A stretch of 61,906 bases of DNA, filler included, from Choristocarpus tenellus KU-1152 (Eukaryota; Protista; Phaeophyceae): NCBI GenBank assembly GCA_964200185.2. It is 11 parts of 11 records of this genome, joined end to end, with 100 filler letters (N's around TTAATTAATTAA, not from the genome) between each part and the next. Parts side by side here need not be neighbours in the genome. Positions count along the whole stretch, not along the records: positions 19,096 to 28,108 come from CAXNAD020004083.1; positions 28,209 to 34,231 come from CAXNAD020009141.1; positions 34,332 to 37,576 come from CAXNAD020021300.1; positions 37,677 to 43,746 come from CAXNAD020009019.1; 7 more parts are not named here. One strand, written 5' to 3'. Below the pieces are notes generated by a model, which did not search any database, was not told the DNA's origin, and was given only the letters and a program-made list of their open reading frames with translations. Shown here piece after piece: positions 26,501 through 39,040 of the stretch (position 1 is the first letter of the stretch; the number at the start of each line of letters is the position of its first letter). The translations under genes and the position numbers were made by a program.

Positions 26501-27934
26501 ATGCAAAACATTTGAAAACGTTCGCCATACCCACACAAACACCTCACACAATAACATCCATGTACACACAACTGTTCTTAACTTGCTTCCACCATTCAAC
26601 TCTGTTCCTTTGCACTCATCTCAAATAATTCAAACCAACATTTATGTCCAGAGACCACTATTACTGCAGAGTCAAAACATGGGAAAGATGGAATAAAAGG
26701 TGGCAGTATCGAGATTCACATAATTTTATATACATCATCTATCCATTTGAAGATTATCCTTTTTTGAGTTCCTCCCAACTTAAGAGTCAAACCAACTAAG
26801 AGGTAGGCAGGGATGCATTTTAAGGATGGAAGCAAAGGACAAAAGTATTTCATTTTTACAATTGGAGAAAGAACCTTTTATAACGGACAGGTCCCTTTCA
26901 AAATTGATGATAGTGCGTCCACATCCGCGCGCACAGGCGAGTGCATTGCACGAACATTTATTTGTCATTAGTGATCCCACCAACCCAACATCAAACACAG
27001 AGAACTCTTGAGAATTCTCAGACCATTTGCCGTTGACGGTCACAAATACGTGACGTCACCTATCCGATCTGAGATTCCATTCAAACTTCTCCTAAGATTT
27101 GATGGCTGAGAGAGCATTGGTTTTGTTGAAAGCATCTCATAGTGACACAACTGGTGATTCCGAACACCCCCCACGACTGATTGGACCCTGCCTCACGACA
27201 CTTTGATGAATTGTGGTTTCACTATGTGTTGGAAAAGGGGAATATCAGTTTTGCATCCATTATTATTGTCGACATAATCAACAAAATAAGTACATTATAC
27301 AGGCAAGGAAGATGGCATAGAATGGTAAATGGTCGAATTTTGCCTGCTCTAAATTGGTATTGCTCTTAACAAGATGGGGAGGTGGGCCTTCTATGATGTA
27401 TTAAACAGGTGATCAACCGGACAATGCACCTATCTTTGTCTCTTACTGAGTTGTAGTTGTCTTTTTGGCCCATGAGGAGGGTATGCAGTTGTTGTTGCGG
27501 TCGGTTATGTGATAGTCCTTTCAATAACTTCGCACTGCCATACCCCACAAGAAACAAGGTAAATCCCTTTTCCAACTTGATAATGATCCCATTCCCGCGC
27601 ATGTGGGTCCTTCCACAACGCTCAATGACAAAACAGGACAAATAGTGGGGACAGGTGGAAGACCAAAGTCTATAAATGAAAAGTAATCATTTTGTTTGTA
27701 TGACGTGAATGTGGGTAGAGTTGGTTGGGCATGGCCATGGTGGAGGTGAAATTTGCTGTCAATAAAATGGTTTGCTGCCGAACTCACGGCCTAGAACCAT
27801 AAAGCCATGTTCATCTTGATATTATATATACAGTACCTACCCCGATTTTGTGCACCCATGGGCATGCCCGAAAAAAGCGGCAAAGAATTGATGCGATACA
27901 ATATCGGTTTTGTAGTAATTAGGGTTAGGGTTAC

Positions 27935-28108
27935 CTGGGAAATCAATCATCGAAGCAACTGATTAATCGTGGTGAGCTGGGAAATCAATCGTCGAAGCGA
28001 CTGGTTAATCGTGGCAAGTTGGGAAATCAATCGTCGAAGCGACTGATTGATCGTGCTGAGCTGCGAAATCAATCGCCGAAGCGACTGATTAATCATGACG
28101 ATGTGGGA
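27935..28108. repeat. 42-bp tandem repeat (4+ units) running into the contig end
   Basis: ctgggaaatcaatcgtcgaagcgactgattaatcgtggtgag units start at 27935, 27977, 28019 and 28061. Confidence 0.92.
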
Positions 28109-28239
28109 NNNNNNNNNNNNNNNNNNNNNNNNNNNNNNNNNNNNNNNNNNNNTTAATTAATTAANNNNNNNNNNNNNNNNNNNNNNNNNNNNNNNNNNNN
28201 NNNNNNNNCCCTCTGCTTTTTCTGTGTTTGGTGTGTTGT

Positions 28240-28422
28240 AGTGGGGGGGGGGGGGGGGGGGGGGGGGTCTACACCAGGGTGTACATTTGGATCAAAAGCA
28301 GGAAATGTGCATTTATTTTATCCATCCGGCATGTTCAACCAAATCACCCCAAACTCTCGACATGAAAAAATTGACCCCAAATGGACAGCTGCCACCCTCC
28401 CCCCCCCCAGATAGTTTGAACG
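28240..28422 (-). mobile_element. MITE family A copy (reverse)
   Basis: G(n)tctacaccagggtgt...aaatggacagctgccacc-C(n)-AGATAGTTTGA is the reverse complement of 4814-4990. Confidence 0.8.
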
Positions 28423-29080
28423 TTTCACCCTAAAGCAACCTTTATACCAATACATGAACCAGGACCTTTCCAAGTATACCCTTGAGGAGGGAGGTATCCC
28501 ACATTTGGACCACCAAACATTACAATCACTCCCTCCCCCCTCCCTTTCATTTCATGTCCAGGGTAACAACCTCCTGAGAGAAGGTCCAAGGCTGAAAGGG
28601 GAATATCGTGCCCTACTTGGAGAAAGGAGTACTCTCCACCCTTTCCACCCTTTCCACCCTTTCCTTTCCATTCCCCAACCACAGGAACAACCCTCACCCC
28701 TTCCTCCCAACCCCCCAAACTTGGACACAAGAACAAATACTGTACAACCAAGATGTCAAGGCATCTCTAGAGGTCACCCATTTAGCTGTCATCTTCCATG
28801 GCTCCACAGGTTGACTCCAAAGATGCCACCACCTTTGTAGCGTGCAGATCCTCCAGTCAGCTGCATTGGACTGAGCCTAGACTGCAGCGCTCAACTCCAC
28901 TTGTGCCCCTTCACCTGCCAAGTCCATCATCGCCATTGCAGCCTGGTACGAGTTAGAAACGTCTACAGGACTCAACCTAGCTGATGCCCCTTCTCCTACA
29001 AGTCCTGAAATTCCCCTTGCAGTCTCATTGCGGGAGACTCCTTCTGCCTCTGATCCACCGCCACCCCCAGCCACAGACAC

Positions 29081-29134
<54 letters not shown>

Positions 29135-31335
29135 TTTCACGGCTTCCCCTTTGTCTTTTTGGGGGGGCAACCAATGGGTTACACACGAACAAATTAAAAA
29201 CCTTTTTTTTAAAAAAGNNNNNNNNNNTGATCCACCGCCACCCCCAGCCACAGACACACCCCCACCCCCACCTCCACCCCCAGCCCCAGCCCCAGCCCCA
29301 GCCCTCGATCTTTGCAGGCTTACCCTTAGTCTTCTTGCGGAGGCAACCAATTGATTCACTCAGGACAAATTCAACACTCTTCTTTAGAAGACGGCGCGAG
29401 CGTCGGATATTTCCTGCCATAGATGGCTGCTCCGGGTGGCTCTGGACTGGATTCATTCTCTGCCGCTTCATTAAATTGACCTGGCTTTCGGCGTCGTCTC
29501 CACTCCCTTCCTGTGGGGGGGGCAATGGAGTGTCCTTGTCCTCTCAGTTGAGGGATACAAGCGTTTGTTGGCACACTCCCAATCGCCACTGGTGCCACTT
29601 GAGATGTATGAGCTGGTTGTGCCATAACCACCCTCAGCAGGACATCCATCGGCGGGAGAGGCACAGTAAATGAAAAAGGAGACATGTAGGTGATGATAAC
29701 TGTTGAGATAAGCCATTCACTCAATACAAAGGCAGGTCGATATGTTGCTAGAGAACAACACTACATAAAGAATATATTGAGATCTCAATATCACAATTTC
29801 AACCTTGTGTGTAGTATTTCAATCTATGATGGCTTCTCGGTGAAGCCAATATGTTATTGTAGGGGGTATCTATATCTCGTCGTCCACTGGTGAACTGCTA
29901 GATCTTTAGAGTGTGGAAAAGCACACACTGTACTTGATACACTGGGGGATTCAGAGTGAGTATCAAGACTGAATTGAGCACCTATCTACCACTGGAGGCA
30001 GTGCATTAGACTCTAGGACCAAGGCTATGGGGGTTATGCTTTGGAGTTAGGGCTACAAAAGTAGTTCTCTAGGACTAGGACAACAATCGTGGTGAGTGGG
30101 GGGCCAGGCAATGAGAAAATGGCTTGTGCTCCTAGGATAAGCCAGCACACACAGTAGGAGTAATGATGATTATTAGGTGAAGTAAAAACCCTCTCAACCC
30201 AAGGTGTGCTTTGTGGAGCGAGGTGATATGTGCCAAGAGCTACAAAAGGGGAAATTTGCAGGCAGTGTTGTAGGTGACCAAAAACAGTACGCAGACTTCA
30301 AATTAAAACAAATACTCCTCCTGTACCGTAAGTATGAGGAGATTTATGTAAGCCTTGACCGCTGCTTACTGTGCCTCTATCAGATTCAGCACCAAGTTAA
30401 GAGCTGGTGCTCGATGTGGAGCTTGTGCCAGAGGTGGATCCAGCGCCTGAGCCCGAGTAGGAGCAGCGCACCCTCCGTGGGCGATACATATGTGCTAAGT
30501 GTTAGGGAAGTGACTGCCATGGGGCTAATGGGAATTCCAAGGTGGGATGCCCGGAGTTAAAAAATATTCTTACATGGTTTTGTAGGGCAAGAGGGATACA
30601 GCTCCACATTGGGGACTACCATCTCAAGCATGACAAGATGTACTCTGACACGCAATATTGTGACATCTTCATATGAACATAATACCCCCTGCATGGACAG
30701 GGCAAGAGCTACCATTCACACTAGTGTGGGCATTGACTCAATATTTGACTGCTCTGCACTGATATCCTCAGACTCAATATTTGACTGCTCAGCACTGATA
30801 TCCTCAGACATGCAGCATGAGGGAGGGGAGAGTATGGTAAGGTGGTAGCGTTCACGACCAAGAACAGACTGTTGGTTCAAACAAAAAATATTTCCACACT
30901 AAACCGAGCACTAGACGTTTCGTATACACTGCGCCTCTATCTACATATCAACGCCTTCAGTTAAACTACATTGCAGTCAGTATCAGCATATCAAATAGTG
31001 CAATACTGACTGAAGTAAGAATATAGAATGAGACATAAAGCTACAAAATGCAGAATGCCCAAACCCTACAACTGCGATTTTCATATTTATCGATACCCTC
31101 CAACAACACACCCCAATCGTCATCCAAAAATTTGCAACCCCAAACCCATACGGCTGTAGCCAACACTACCCACTCAACTTGGACTCCACTTCACACAAAT
31201 CAATAAACATACTCTATCTCGGAGTCACCCACCTTAACGATAACCTTGGCTTTGCCCTTGGCCTTGCCCTTTCCGTCCCACTCCTTCTGTACAAGCACCG
31301 TCTCAACACCACTCTTCTCCACCCCAGTCGATGAA

Positions 31336-31593
31336 GAGTGAAAGTATCTTAGAGGGTACAAGTTTTTCCCCGTTTGTCCATTTTGGGCATGGCTTCTTAC
31401 GGGTTCTTTTATGACATTTTTCCTACTTTAAAAAGTTTCGGAGTAGGTAAAATGTATAAATTATGACAATATGTGTCTGGAACAAGGATATTGACACTTC
31501 GTAACACATGATAGCCAAAATTACTTCAAAATCGCAACATTAGACTTTGATCCCCAAATGGACGCGACCCTTCCCTCTAAGATACTTTGACTC
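31336..31593 (+). mobile_element. MITE family B, TSD TGAA
   Basis: TGAA|GAGTGAAAGTATCTTAGAGGG...CCCTCTAAGATACTTTGACTC|TGAA. Confidence 0.92.
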
Positions 31594-32046
31594 TGAAACT
31601 GTCTGGTCATCCACCTCCATACTGCTGGGCATGACAATCTCCTCACAACCCTCCACAAGGGCATTAACCTTAGGTCCTTGGAAAGGCCCATCCACCGCCT
31701 CCTTCAAGCCCACATTCCTGCTGTTCTCCAGACTGCCACTGCCCCACCCAGCAGTCATTCCTTCCGAGGTCTGTGGGATATCAAAGAACAGAGTTGAAAG
31801 AACAACAGCACAATCAGGACAGGCTAGCGCAAGTGCAAGATGGTGGGCCTGATAGTTGCAGGTCTAGGTTGGAGGCAAACAAATCACATCGCTTTGGTCA
31901 GACACTGAAGATATGATCCCCTGGTGTAGTGATAGTTTAGCAGCTCTAATACTTCCCTAACTTGACATAGCCAGGTGTATCACATACTGAGGAGACAGAT
32001 AGCTATTAACACCAAGCCCCAAAAGTGGTATCACATCAGGGGCAAA

Positions 32047-32314
32047 GAGCCAAGGTATCTTAGAGGGTACGAGTTTTGTCCTGTTTGTCCTGTTTGTCCA
32101 TTTGGGGCTTGGCTTCCCTCGGGGTTTTTATGACATTTTCCTACTTCAAAAATGTTTCGGAGTAGGTAAAATTTATGCGTTCTGAAAAGGTGTGTCCGGA
32201 GCAAGGATATTGACACTTCCTAACAAACACGATAGCCAAAATTACATCGAAATCGCAACACTGGATTTTGACCCCCAAATGGATGCGGCTCTACCCTCTA
32301 AGATAATTTGGCTC
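32047..32314 (+). mobile_element. MITE family B
   Basis: GAGCCAAGGTATCTTAGAGGGTA...TACCCTCTAAGATAATTTGGCTC; flanks CAAA/AAAA. Confidence 0.9.
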
Positions 32315-34606
32315 AAAATAACCAAGAACTATCCCCAAGAGTTGGATGTTGCCATTGGAGGGTAACATACACCACAAGAATGTCATCAATAACAAGAAAT
32401 AAGACCACTGGTAAAGCAGATAGCACGCTGTAATACTGTAACTGTAACACATACATTGTAGGAAATTGGGCCTACACATGCCAAGAGTATTGAGTAGGAT
32501 GACTCATACGCCCCTCTCAAGTCACGGTTGTTCACAGAGTGGGTACGTAGGGACACAAAAGGGGACCCAAAGCTTACCCCCACATCAACCGTGAGACTCG
32601 CCCTAGAAGAATCTGTGTCAGGGCTGACAAAGGAGTCTGAGCCTGAGCCTGAGTTGTGGTGAGAGTGTACAGGCAAAAACATTCCACTTGTCCCAAGATT
32701 CATGGCTTCTGATGCTGGTGATGCTGCTGGTGCTGGTGCTTGCTCCACCCTCACCACCATGTCAATACCACCGAAGCCATTGTCGGGTTGTGGGATCCAC
32801 TTCCCATCCATGTTGTACTGCAGTGAGGGGGTCAATATGGTGTATGTTTGTGGGGGGAGTAATATATGCAAGAGGTTGTAAATATTATGGAGGCATAGAA
32901 ATATGAAATTGACAATACTGTTTGTAGCAACCACATGTGGGTAGTTGTTAACAAACTACAGTTGTGGACAAAGCTCCCAGTGTCACTGATGAATGTCATG
33001 GAGCACTAAATGGAAAGAGGATTTCCGTAGACTTTTTAAGGAGCAATTCTTTTTCAAGAGAGATACTATTGCTTTAAGCAGGATTCTTATTTTCAGCATC
33101 AGGTTATAGAAATGCGAGGTTTTCACATCCCACTTGACAGGTGCTAACTAAAGCAATTAATCGTATATACACGTTTATATGTGTGTAGTACTGCTATATA
33201 CATACATGCACCCCCGAGGTGCTCTCTACACTGGCCATAATAGATGTGACAGGTTGCAAACATCTCATGTCACATCAACCATCTCATGCTATGGTTTCTA
33301 GGATCAGTATGACCTGGAATCCCCATAATTATTGAGATATTAAATTGAAAATCAACAGTAATGCTACTTTCATGTACAAGAACACATCGTTGATTGTTCA
33401 CCATGTCAATCTCAGTCACTGATCACCTAAATAAAAAAGAGACCAAGATGTGATTCAACACACCCGCCCAACATGGACTTGGCCACGACGAGCTAAACCA
33501 CCCAAGAAGATTGCGAGGGAGCTGTGCGACTCTTGTAAAGAAGGGTTGGATAGTGGTATAAAAAGGACCAGGGACTACGCTAGAGCAGAAGTAGGGTCGT
33601 GGACTGTAACGCAGCAAGTCGTATCCAATCATTTTTCATACCTGGTCGAATCCTGACGAGAAAATCATTACCCTGCTCGTAGGATACCTTTTTTATATTG
33701 TCATCAATTCATAATGACATGTTCAGCTTGAACGTAACAATTTGTAACCACCACGAGGTATATTGCATCTCTAAAGGAAATTTGACTGGATGGAACACCC
33801 AAAACAACAAAATGACTGACTGTTAAATGAAATATAATACTATTGATATACATGCATATTTTATACATGCATACTTTTTGTTTGTCACTCCACAGCAAAA
33901 TATCTGAAACTACATTGTTATTGCCCCTCCTCTACGCTGCAACCTGGATGAGGGAAAACTTTGGACATATTGGGACAAACACAGAGCAATTTCTGGATGA
34001 CCTAACGACCCACGCATACACTACATGAACTCCGGGAGAACAAAGTAGGTGGTACGATTCAGGAGGAAGGGAGGGGTCAAGGCACGCGGTGGTGCCCACA
34101 CTACCATGTTCGGAGTGGAGTGGGGCGGACCCCTTCCCTGTCTTGCGTATGTACTACTTTTGTAGGGTGTGTGGAATGAAGCAGTAAGCAGGATAGGCTA
34201 GGATATGTGAGATTTTTGACTCAAAGTATCTNNNNNNNNNNNNNNNNNNNNNNNNNNNNNNNNNNNNNNNNNNNNTTAATTAATTAANNNNNNNNNNNNN
34301 NNNNNNNNNNNNNNNNNNNNNNNNNNNNNNNGGGGGAGGGGGGGGGAGAGGGAGGGGGGGGGGGGGAGGGAAGTGGGGGGGGGGGGGGGGGGGGGGGACG
34401 AGCGAGAAGAAGATGTCAGGGATAGGGTTAGGGTATGGGTTAGGGTTTCACCAACTGTTCAAGACGAAGTTCTTACTTTTGGGGGTTAGGCAAGCACTGC
34501 GCATGCTATGTATGGTCACATAAATAAATTGGAACCTTTGTTCATATCTTATCCCCTCCCCTCTGAAGGTGGGACATTGGGGAATTGTCTAAGACAAAGA
34601 AGTACC

Positions 34607-35496
34607 TGACTGTGATGCGTAAAAGAGTGCAGCAAATCATCCTGAGCTTCTCTCATCTTCCGTTCCCCTTCCTGCTGGAGCAGCTCGTCAAGGTGTTCGT
34701 TCAGTTCCTGCAATGTCGGAGGATTCCCTTGTGCTGCCTCTGCTTCCACCGCCATCTTCAACTCAGCTTCCCGGTCCGCTTCCTCTTCTCTCTCACGAGC
34801 CATTTGCAAGTGTAAATGCTCGATGGCCTGCACATCGAGCTCACGACCGCGTGGATTCAGCTTCAAGCTCGGACTTGAGGCCCCCTCTTCTTCATCCTCA
34901 AGGTAATCTACCTCATCCTCGTCCCAATTCGATTGTGGCGATGGTTCAACAGGAATACTAGGGGTTGGATACTGCTCATCGGATAGAGGATCTAACCGGT
35001 TTCTAGATCCCTTGGGTCGTCCTCGCTTTTGTTTCGGTTGTGACGTCGGCTGCGATACCCTTTCCCAGTCCTCCATCATGTGTAGTCCTGACTTGATGGT
35101 CGATGATTGGGATACTCTCCTTACAGACAGATCCAATGTGCGAGGCGGAAGGAAGCAGGTCTGGGGAACAATCCCTGAGACCTCAGTGGAATGAAAAGCA
35201 ACAGCTGCAGAAGTGAGGCCAGGCAAACCAACAGCATAGATTGCAAAGCCAATGCATAAAGCAACATCGCGAGAGACTCGATGAAGCGCCCTTCTCTTGG
35301 GGATGTGACGACATCTGTGATAAGTGCATCGTTGCATCCCTACACCTTCACAAGGCCAGGTGTTTCTATGCTTTGCACTAATAGGCCCGCATGGTGTTCC
35401 AGGAACGGCATCTTCAGTCTTGTGAATGACCATTTTGAACAATTCGTTTGAAGTAGTTGACATGTTTTGGTACAACAACACCCTCCATTTCATCAA
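34607..35496 (-). CDS. Long exon of an unknown protein with an AT-hook-like motif and an acidic coiled coil; possibly plastid-targeted; start uncertain
   Basis: 315-codon open frame with a hydrophobic stretch ending SAAVA-FH, KRGRPKGSRN and an E-rich helix; probable donor CAG|GTACTT near 34607. Confidence 0.55.
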
Positions 35497-36843
35497 TCAA
35501 AAAAGGCGTCGCCCAATACTGTTTCAAAACGGTAAGAGTAAAGAAACCAGTTGTGTTGGGACAAGTGTCCGTGTCGTGTATCTACGCTTCTAGACTTCCA
35601 GACCTCGACTATCATAGCCCCTACTCCATAAAGGTAGAGCTGTATCACCTCTTCCTTTTGTTATTGTTGTTGCTGTAACCAAATGGGCGAGGGAGGAGCT
35701 GCCCAATGTAGGTGAAAGGAGACAGCTTGGCCTCAGATGCCCTATAGAAGGGATGAAACCTGACAGGCGTCATGGGAACTGCAACAAGTACGTTGGTGAC
35801 ATTCTATCGGAAACATAAGGACCCCGTTCGAATTGCTATGAATGAGGCACTTCCAGTGGATTCGTATCTCATTTAGGAGAAATGCTTTTCCGAAGGGAAA
35901 CTTTACGAGGTCTACGCTACAGAGCGTCCAGTTTTTCAGGCATTAGGGTTTCACGAGTGGGCCGTGGCTCAATTTTGGCGCCATTTCAAAGCGGTGAGCA
36001 TGTTCAACATCTCCGATTGTTAGACCTCCATTCTTGGGAAAAGCGAGTCTCGCTTCACACCTCACACCTCCTCAAGAAAACCCGCACTCGACCCATAATT
36101 TGTATCCCCCTTGCCAAAATATTTTTGACCCTTCGCAAGAAACATGAGCAGAGAATTAGCCCTGTAATAGGGCAATCAGGGTCCCATGTACTATACTATG
36201 CAATTGGCAAATTTCGAGAGGGAGTGAGAACTATAGAACGGTCGCGAACTCATCATGTGAGGGCCAGACGTGAGTCCACCATTCCACTGTTTTAGCAGAT
36301 CTATCTGCCCAAGTGAGGATGCTTTGTGATCCTCTGGCACAAGCACCACCAACATGCAACTTCTCATCACCCACCACAGTCAAAGATGTTTGCTTTCCGT
36401 ATCACCAAAGTAATTGTTGCCACAGTGAAAGGGGAAATCCTTACCCTAGTAGTTGAGTTTAGCAACGGTGAAATGCAACGATCTTGCAGGTCAATCTTCC
36501 GTAAAGGGAAGTAGAAGCAACACTAGAACAAGGTCAAAACTGTGAAGCAGAGCAAAACCTGAAATCGTGACAATTGCTCCCCGGAGTCATTGTTGTCTTG
36601 TCCCACTGTTGCCATAATATTATCCCACCAACTAAAGATGACTATTGAAGTACTAGAGTAATCATATTGATAGTATTAGGTCCAATTTAAAGCTGGAGTG
36701 ATGAATACATGTATCACCTGTTCTCTCTAGATGTTTGTGCCCATGCTGTCCTTTATCAGCAAGAACGAACGCCACTCTTGTTCACATTCTTGAGGCCATC
36801 TGTGAACACTGTGAAAACAGCAATGCTCCCGACTGTAAGAACA

Positions 36844-37122
36844 GAGTGAAAGTATCTTAAGAGGGACGACTTTTGTCCTGTTTGTCCATTTGGGGCTTGA
36901 CTTTCCACAGTTTTTCTTTTATGACATTTTACCTAACTTGAAATGTTTCAGAGTAGGTTAGGGTTAGGGTTAGCCCTAATGTATACATTATGAAATCGTG
37001 TTTCTGGAACAAGGATATTGACGCTCCCTAGCAAACATGATAGCCAAAATTACACCAAAATCGCAAGTTTGGATTTTGGCCCCCAAATGGACGCGGCTCT
37101 ACCCTCTAAGATACTTTGGCTA
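36844..37122 (+). mobile_element. MITE family B with internal telomeric insertion
   Basis: Same TIRs and interior as 31336; flanks AACA/AGCA; TTAGGGTTAGGGTTAGCCCTAA at 36958-36979. Confidence 0.9.
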
Positions 37123-37158
37123 AGCAGTTCTTAGACATCCGACAGTGACGGCCAAGGA

Positions 37159-37310
37159 GGGTCAAAGCATTGTAGAGGGTAGGGTCGCACCCATTCAGGG
37201 TCATAGATCCAATGTTACGATTTTGATGTAATTTTGGCTATCGTGTTTGTTAGCAAGTGCCAATATCCTATGCGTTAGGGTTAGGGTTAGGGTTAGGGTT
37301 AGGGTTAGGG
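37159..37310 (-). mobile_element. Partial family B MITE ending in (TTAGGG)6 at 37275-37310
   Basis: GGGTCAAAGCATTGTAGAGGGTAGGG...aagtgccaatatcc followed by six perfect telomeric units. Confidence 0.8.
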
Positions 37311-37713
37311 CCGCACCTGTTCGGGGTCAATAATCTAGTCTTTTTCAATTTGGAGAGGGTGCAGCGGTGGTGGTGTATACGAAGTTGTTGATATTGTGAT
37401 GACATCGACATTTTCGTCGTATGCCACTGCTAACGGTTTCATCCACCAGTGTGCTGTTTTGCCCCACCAATCAATTGTCTTCATCCAATGCGATTTTGAC
37501 CCAAAGCATCTGGGGGGGGGGGGGGGGGGGGGCTCCCCAGGGGGGCCCTTTTGGGACATAAAAGGAAGAAGGGAAANNNNNNNNNNNNNNNNNNNNNNNN
37601 NNNNNNNNNNNNNNNNNNNNTTAATTAATTAANNNNNNNNNNNNNNNNNNNNNNNNNNNNNNNNNNNNNNNNNNNNGAAGAGAGAGAAAGGAGGAAGGAA
37701 TGGGAAGTGTACA

Positions 37714-37753
<40 letters not shown>

Positions 37754-39040
37754 CTAAAACAAAAACCTGCGAAATAAAAAAATTGATTGCTACAATGCCC
37801 CCATCTCACAGATTTTTGACCTTCATCTTGGACAACATATTTGCTCCTGTGGACTGATAATAATATATTACCAACAATTTTCAAGCAGACTGGCTGCACT
37901 GTAGAGCAATACAATGATCCAATGTAACATAACAATTCACACACCATCTTCTCATTGCAGAGTCACACATCCCACTAAACTTCCTTGCCTCATCACCAAA
38001 ATAACAGCACTTTTCAAATCTACACTCACAAAACAACATCGATTTTCAATTCTCAAGATTGCCATTACTGAAATCTTTCTCTGAGCAGCACATAATCTAA
38101 TGAGAGTGATGTTCTTCAAAATAAGCACACATAGGGTGATGTGCTATTAGCCAGGGTCTTACACCACACTAGCAGTAAACTGGGGCAGCCTAGCCATATC
38201 TCTGACAAATTTCTTGCAACGAACAATCAAATATATAATCTACTAGAGTCCATAGCACATGTTGTGCGTAACACATAAAAAGTCAGAACACACTATTAAT
38301 ACCTTTCGTTTATATACAACAAAACTTCAAGAAAGTATGATTCAACATACTTTATATACTCGCATGTGTCGAACATCATGTATGATACACAGCAAGTGTT
38401 GTCCAACTGGAGAAAACGTATTATTTGATTTGGTAGTGTACCATTTTCTTCCGATGTTTCAACACATGAACTTCATTTGAAAAAGTGAGAAGAAATACCG
38501 CCCCATCACACTCTTGAATATATATACAGAATTGTACCGAAGTACCTATGTACTGCAAGTAGTTCACATTATACTTCTAACATGTACAGACATTCAACCT
38601 GGCCAAATCTGAAATTCAGCCCAGTCCCTTCAAATTTTACCTTGCCCAAGCCAGCTTGCAGCCCATTCTGCCGAAATTCCTACAGCCCTAGCCCAGTCCT
38701 TACAATATAGAAAAAAAATCAAGCTGGTTCATAGACTGAACCCACCAAAATTCCTACAGTCCTGGTCCAGCCCTGACAAAAATATGTATCTTCTGAGTCA
38801 GCTTGCGACCTGGCCCCGTCCACAACTACACAGTCCGGTAAAGCCCAGCTTCTCTCCCTTGCAGGTCACAAAACTACACATGGACATTTTCCAGCCACCA
38901 AGTGAGAGACTGCTACTTTTATGGTGACAATTCCATGTTGTTGGCCACTCATCAGAAACTGGTGCATTTGTGTTTGACTGTCTCACTGTGGTGAACAAGA
39001 CACAGTAGAGCACGAAAGTGTCTTCCGGGGTTTTGCTCAC

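Larger units (their letters stand above)
31233..32817 (-). pseudogene. Spliced gene of unknown function (exons 32817-32578 and 31770-31233); the second exon is disrupted by a MITE
   Basis: Canonical cag| and |gtaagc or |gtgggt sites with phase-0 joins; removing the MITE and one TSD restores ...DQTVSSTGVEKSG...KGKAKGKAKVIVK. May continue in the frameshifted low-complexity ORFs at ~28880-29640. Confidence 0.5.

Noticed and set aside
27935-28108. CRISPR-like array
   Set aside because: Contiguous units with no unique spacers, no cas genes, eukaryotic context.
29040-29310. Duplicated tgatccaccgccacccccagccacagacac and poly-Pro ORFs
   Set aside because: The copies flank a 10-N gap after a poly-C run; likely an unmerged overlap.
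29940-30030. tRNA-like segment on the minus strand
   Set aside because: No intact T-loop or cloverleaf; at most a SINE relic.
30735-30810. 36-bp tandem duplication giving DSIFDCSALISS twice
   Set aside because: Real but an ordinary slippage duplication, with no coding support.
33650-33690. CTGACGA in a hairpin (hammerhead-like core)
   Set aside because: No correctly placed stem II-GAAA or third stem; a simple hairpin.
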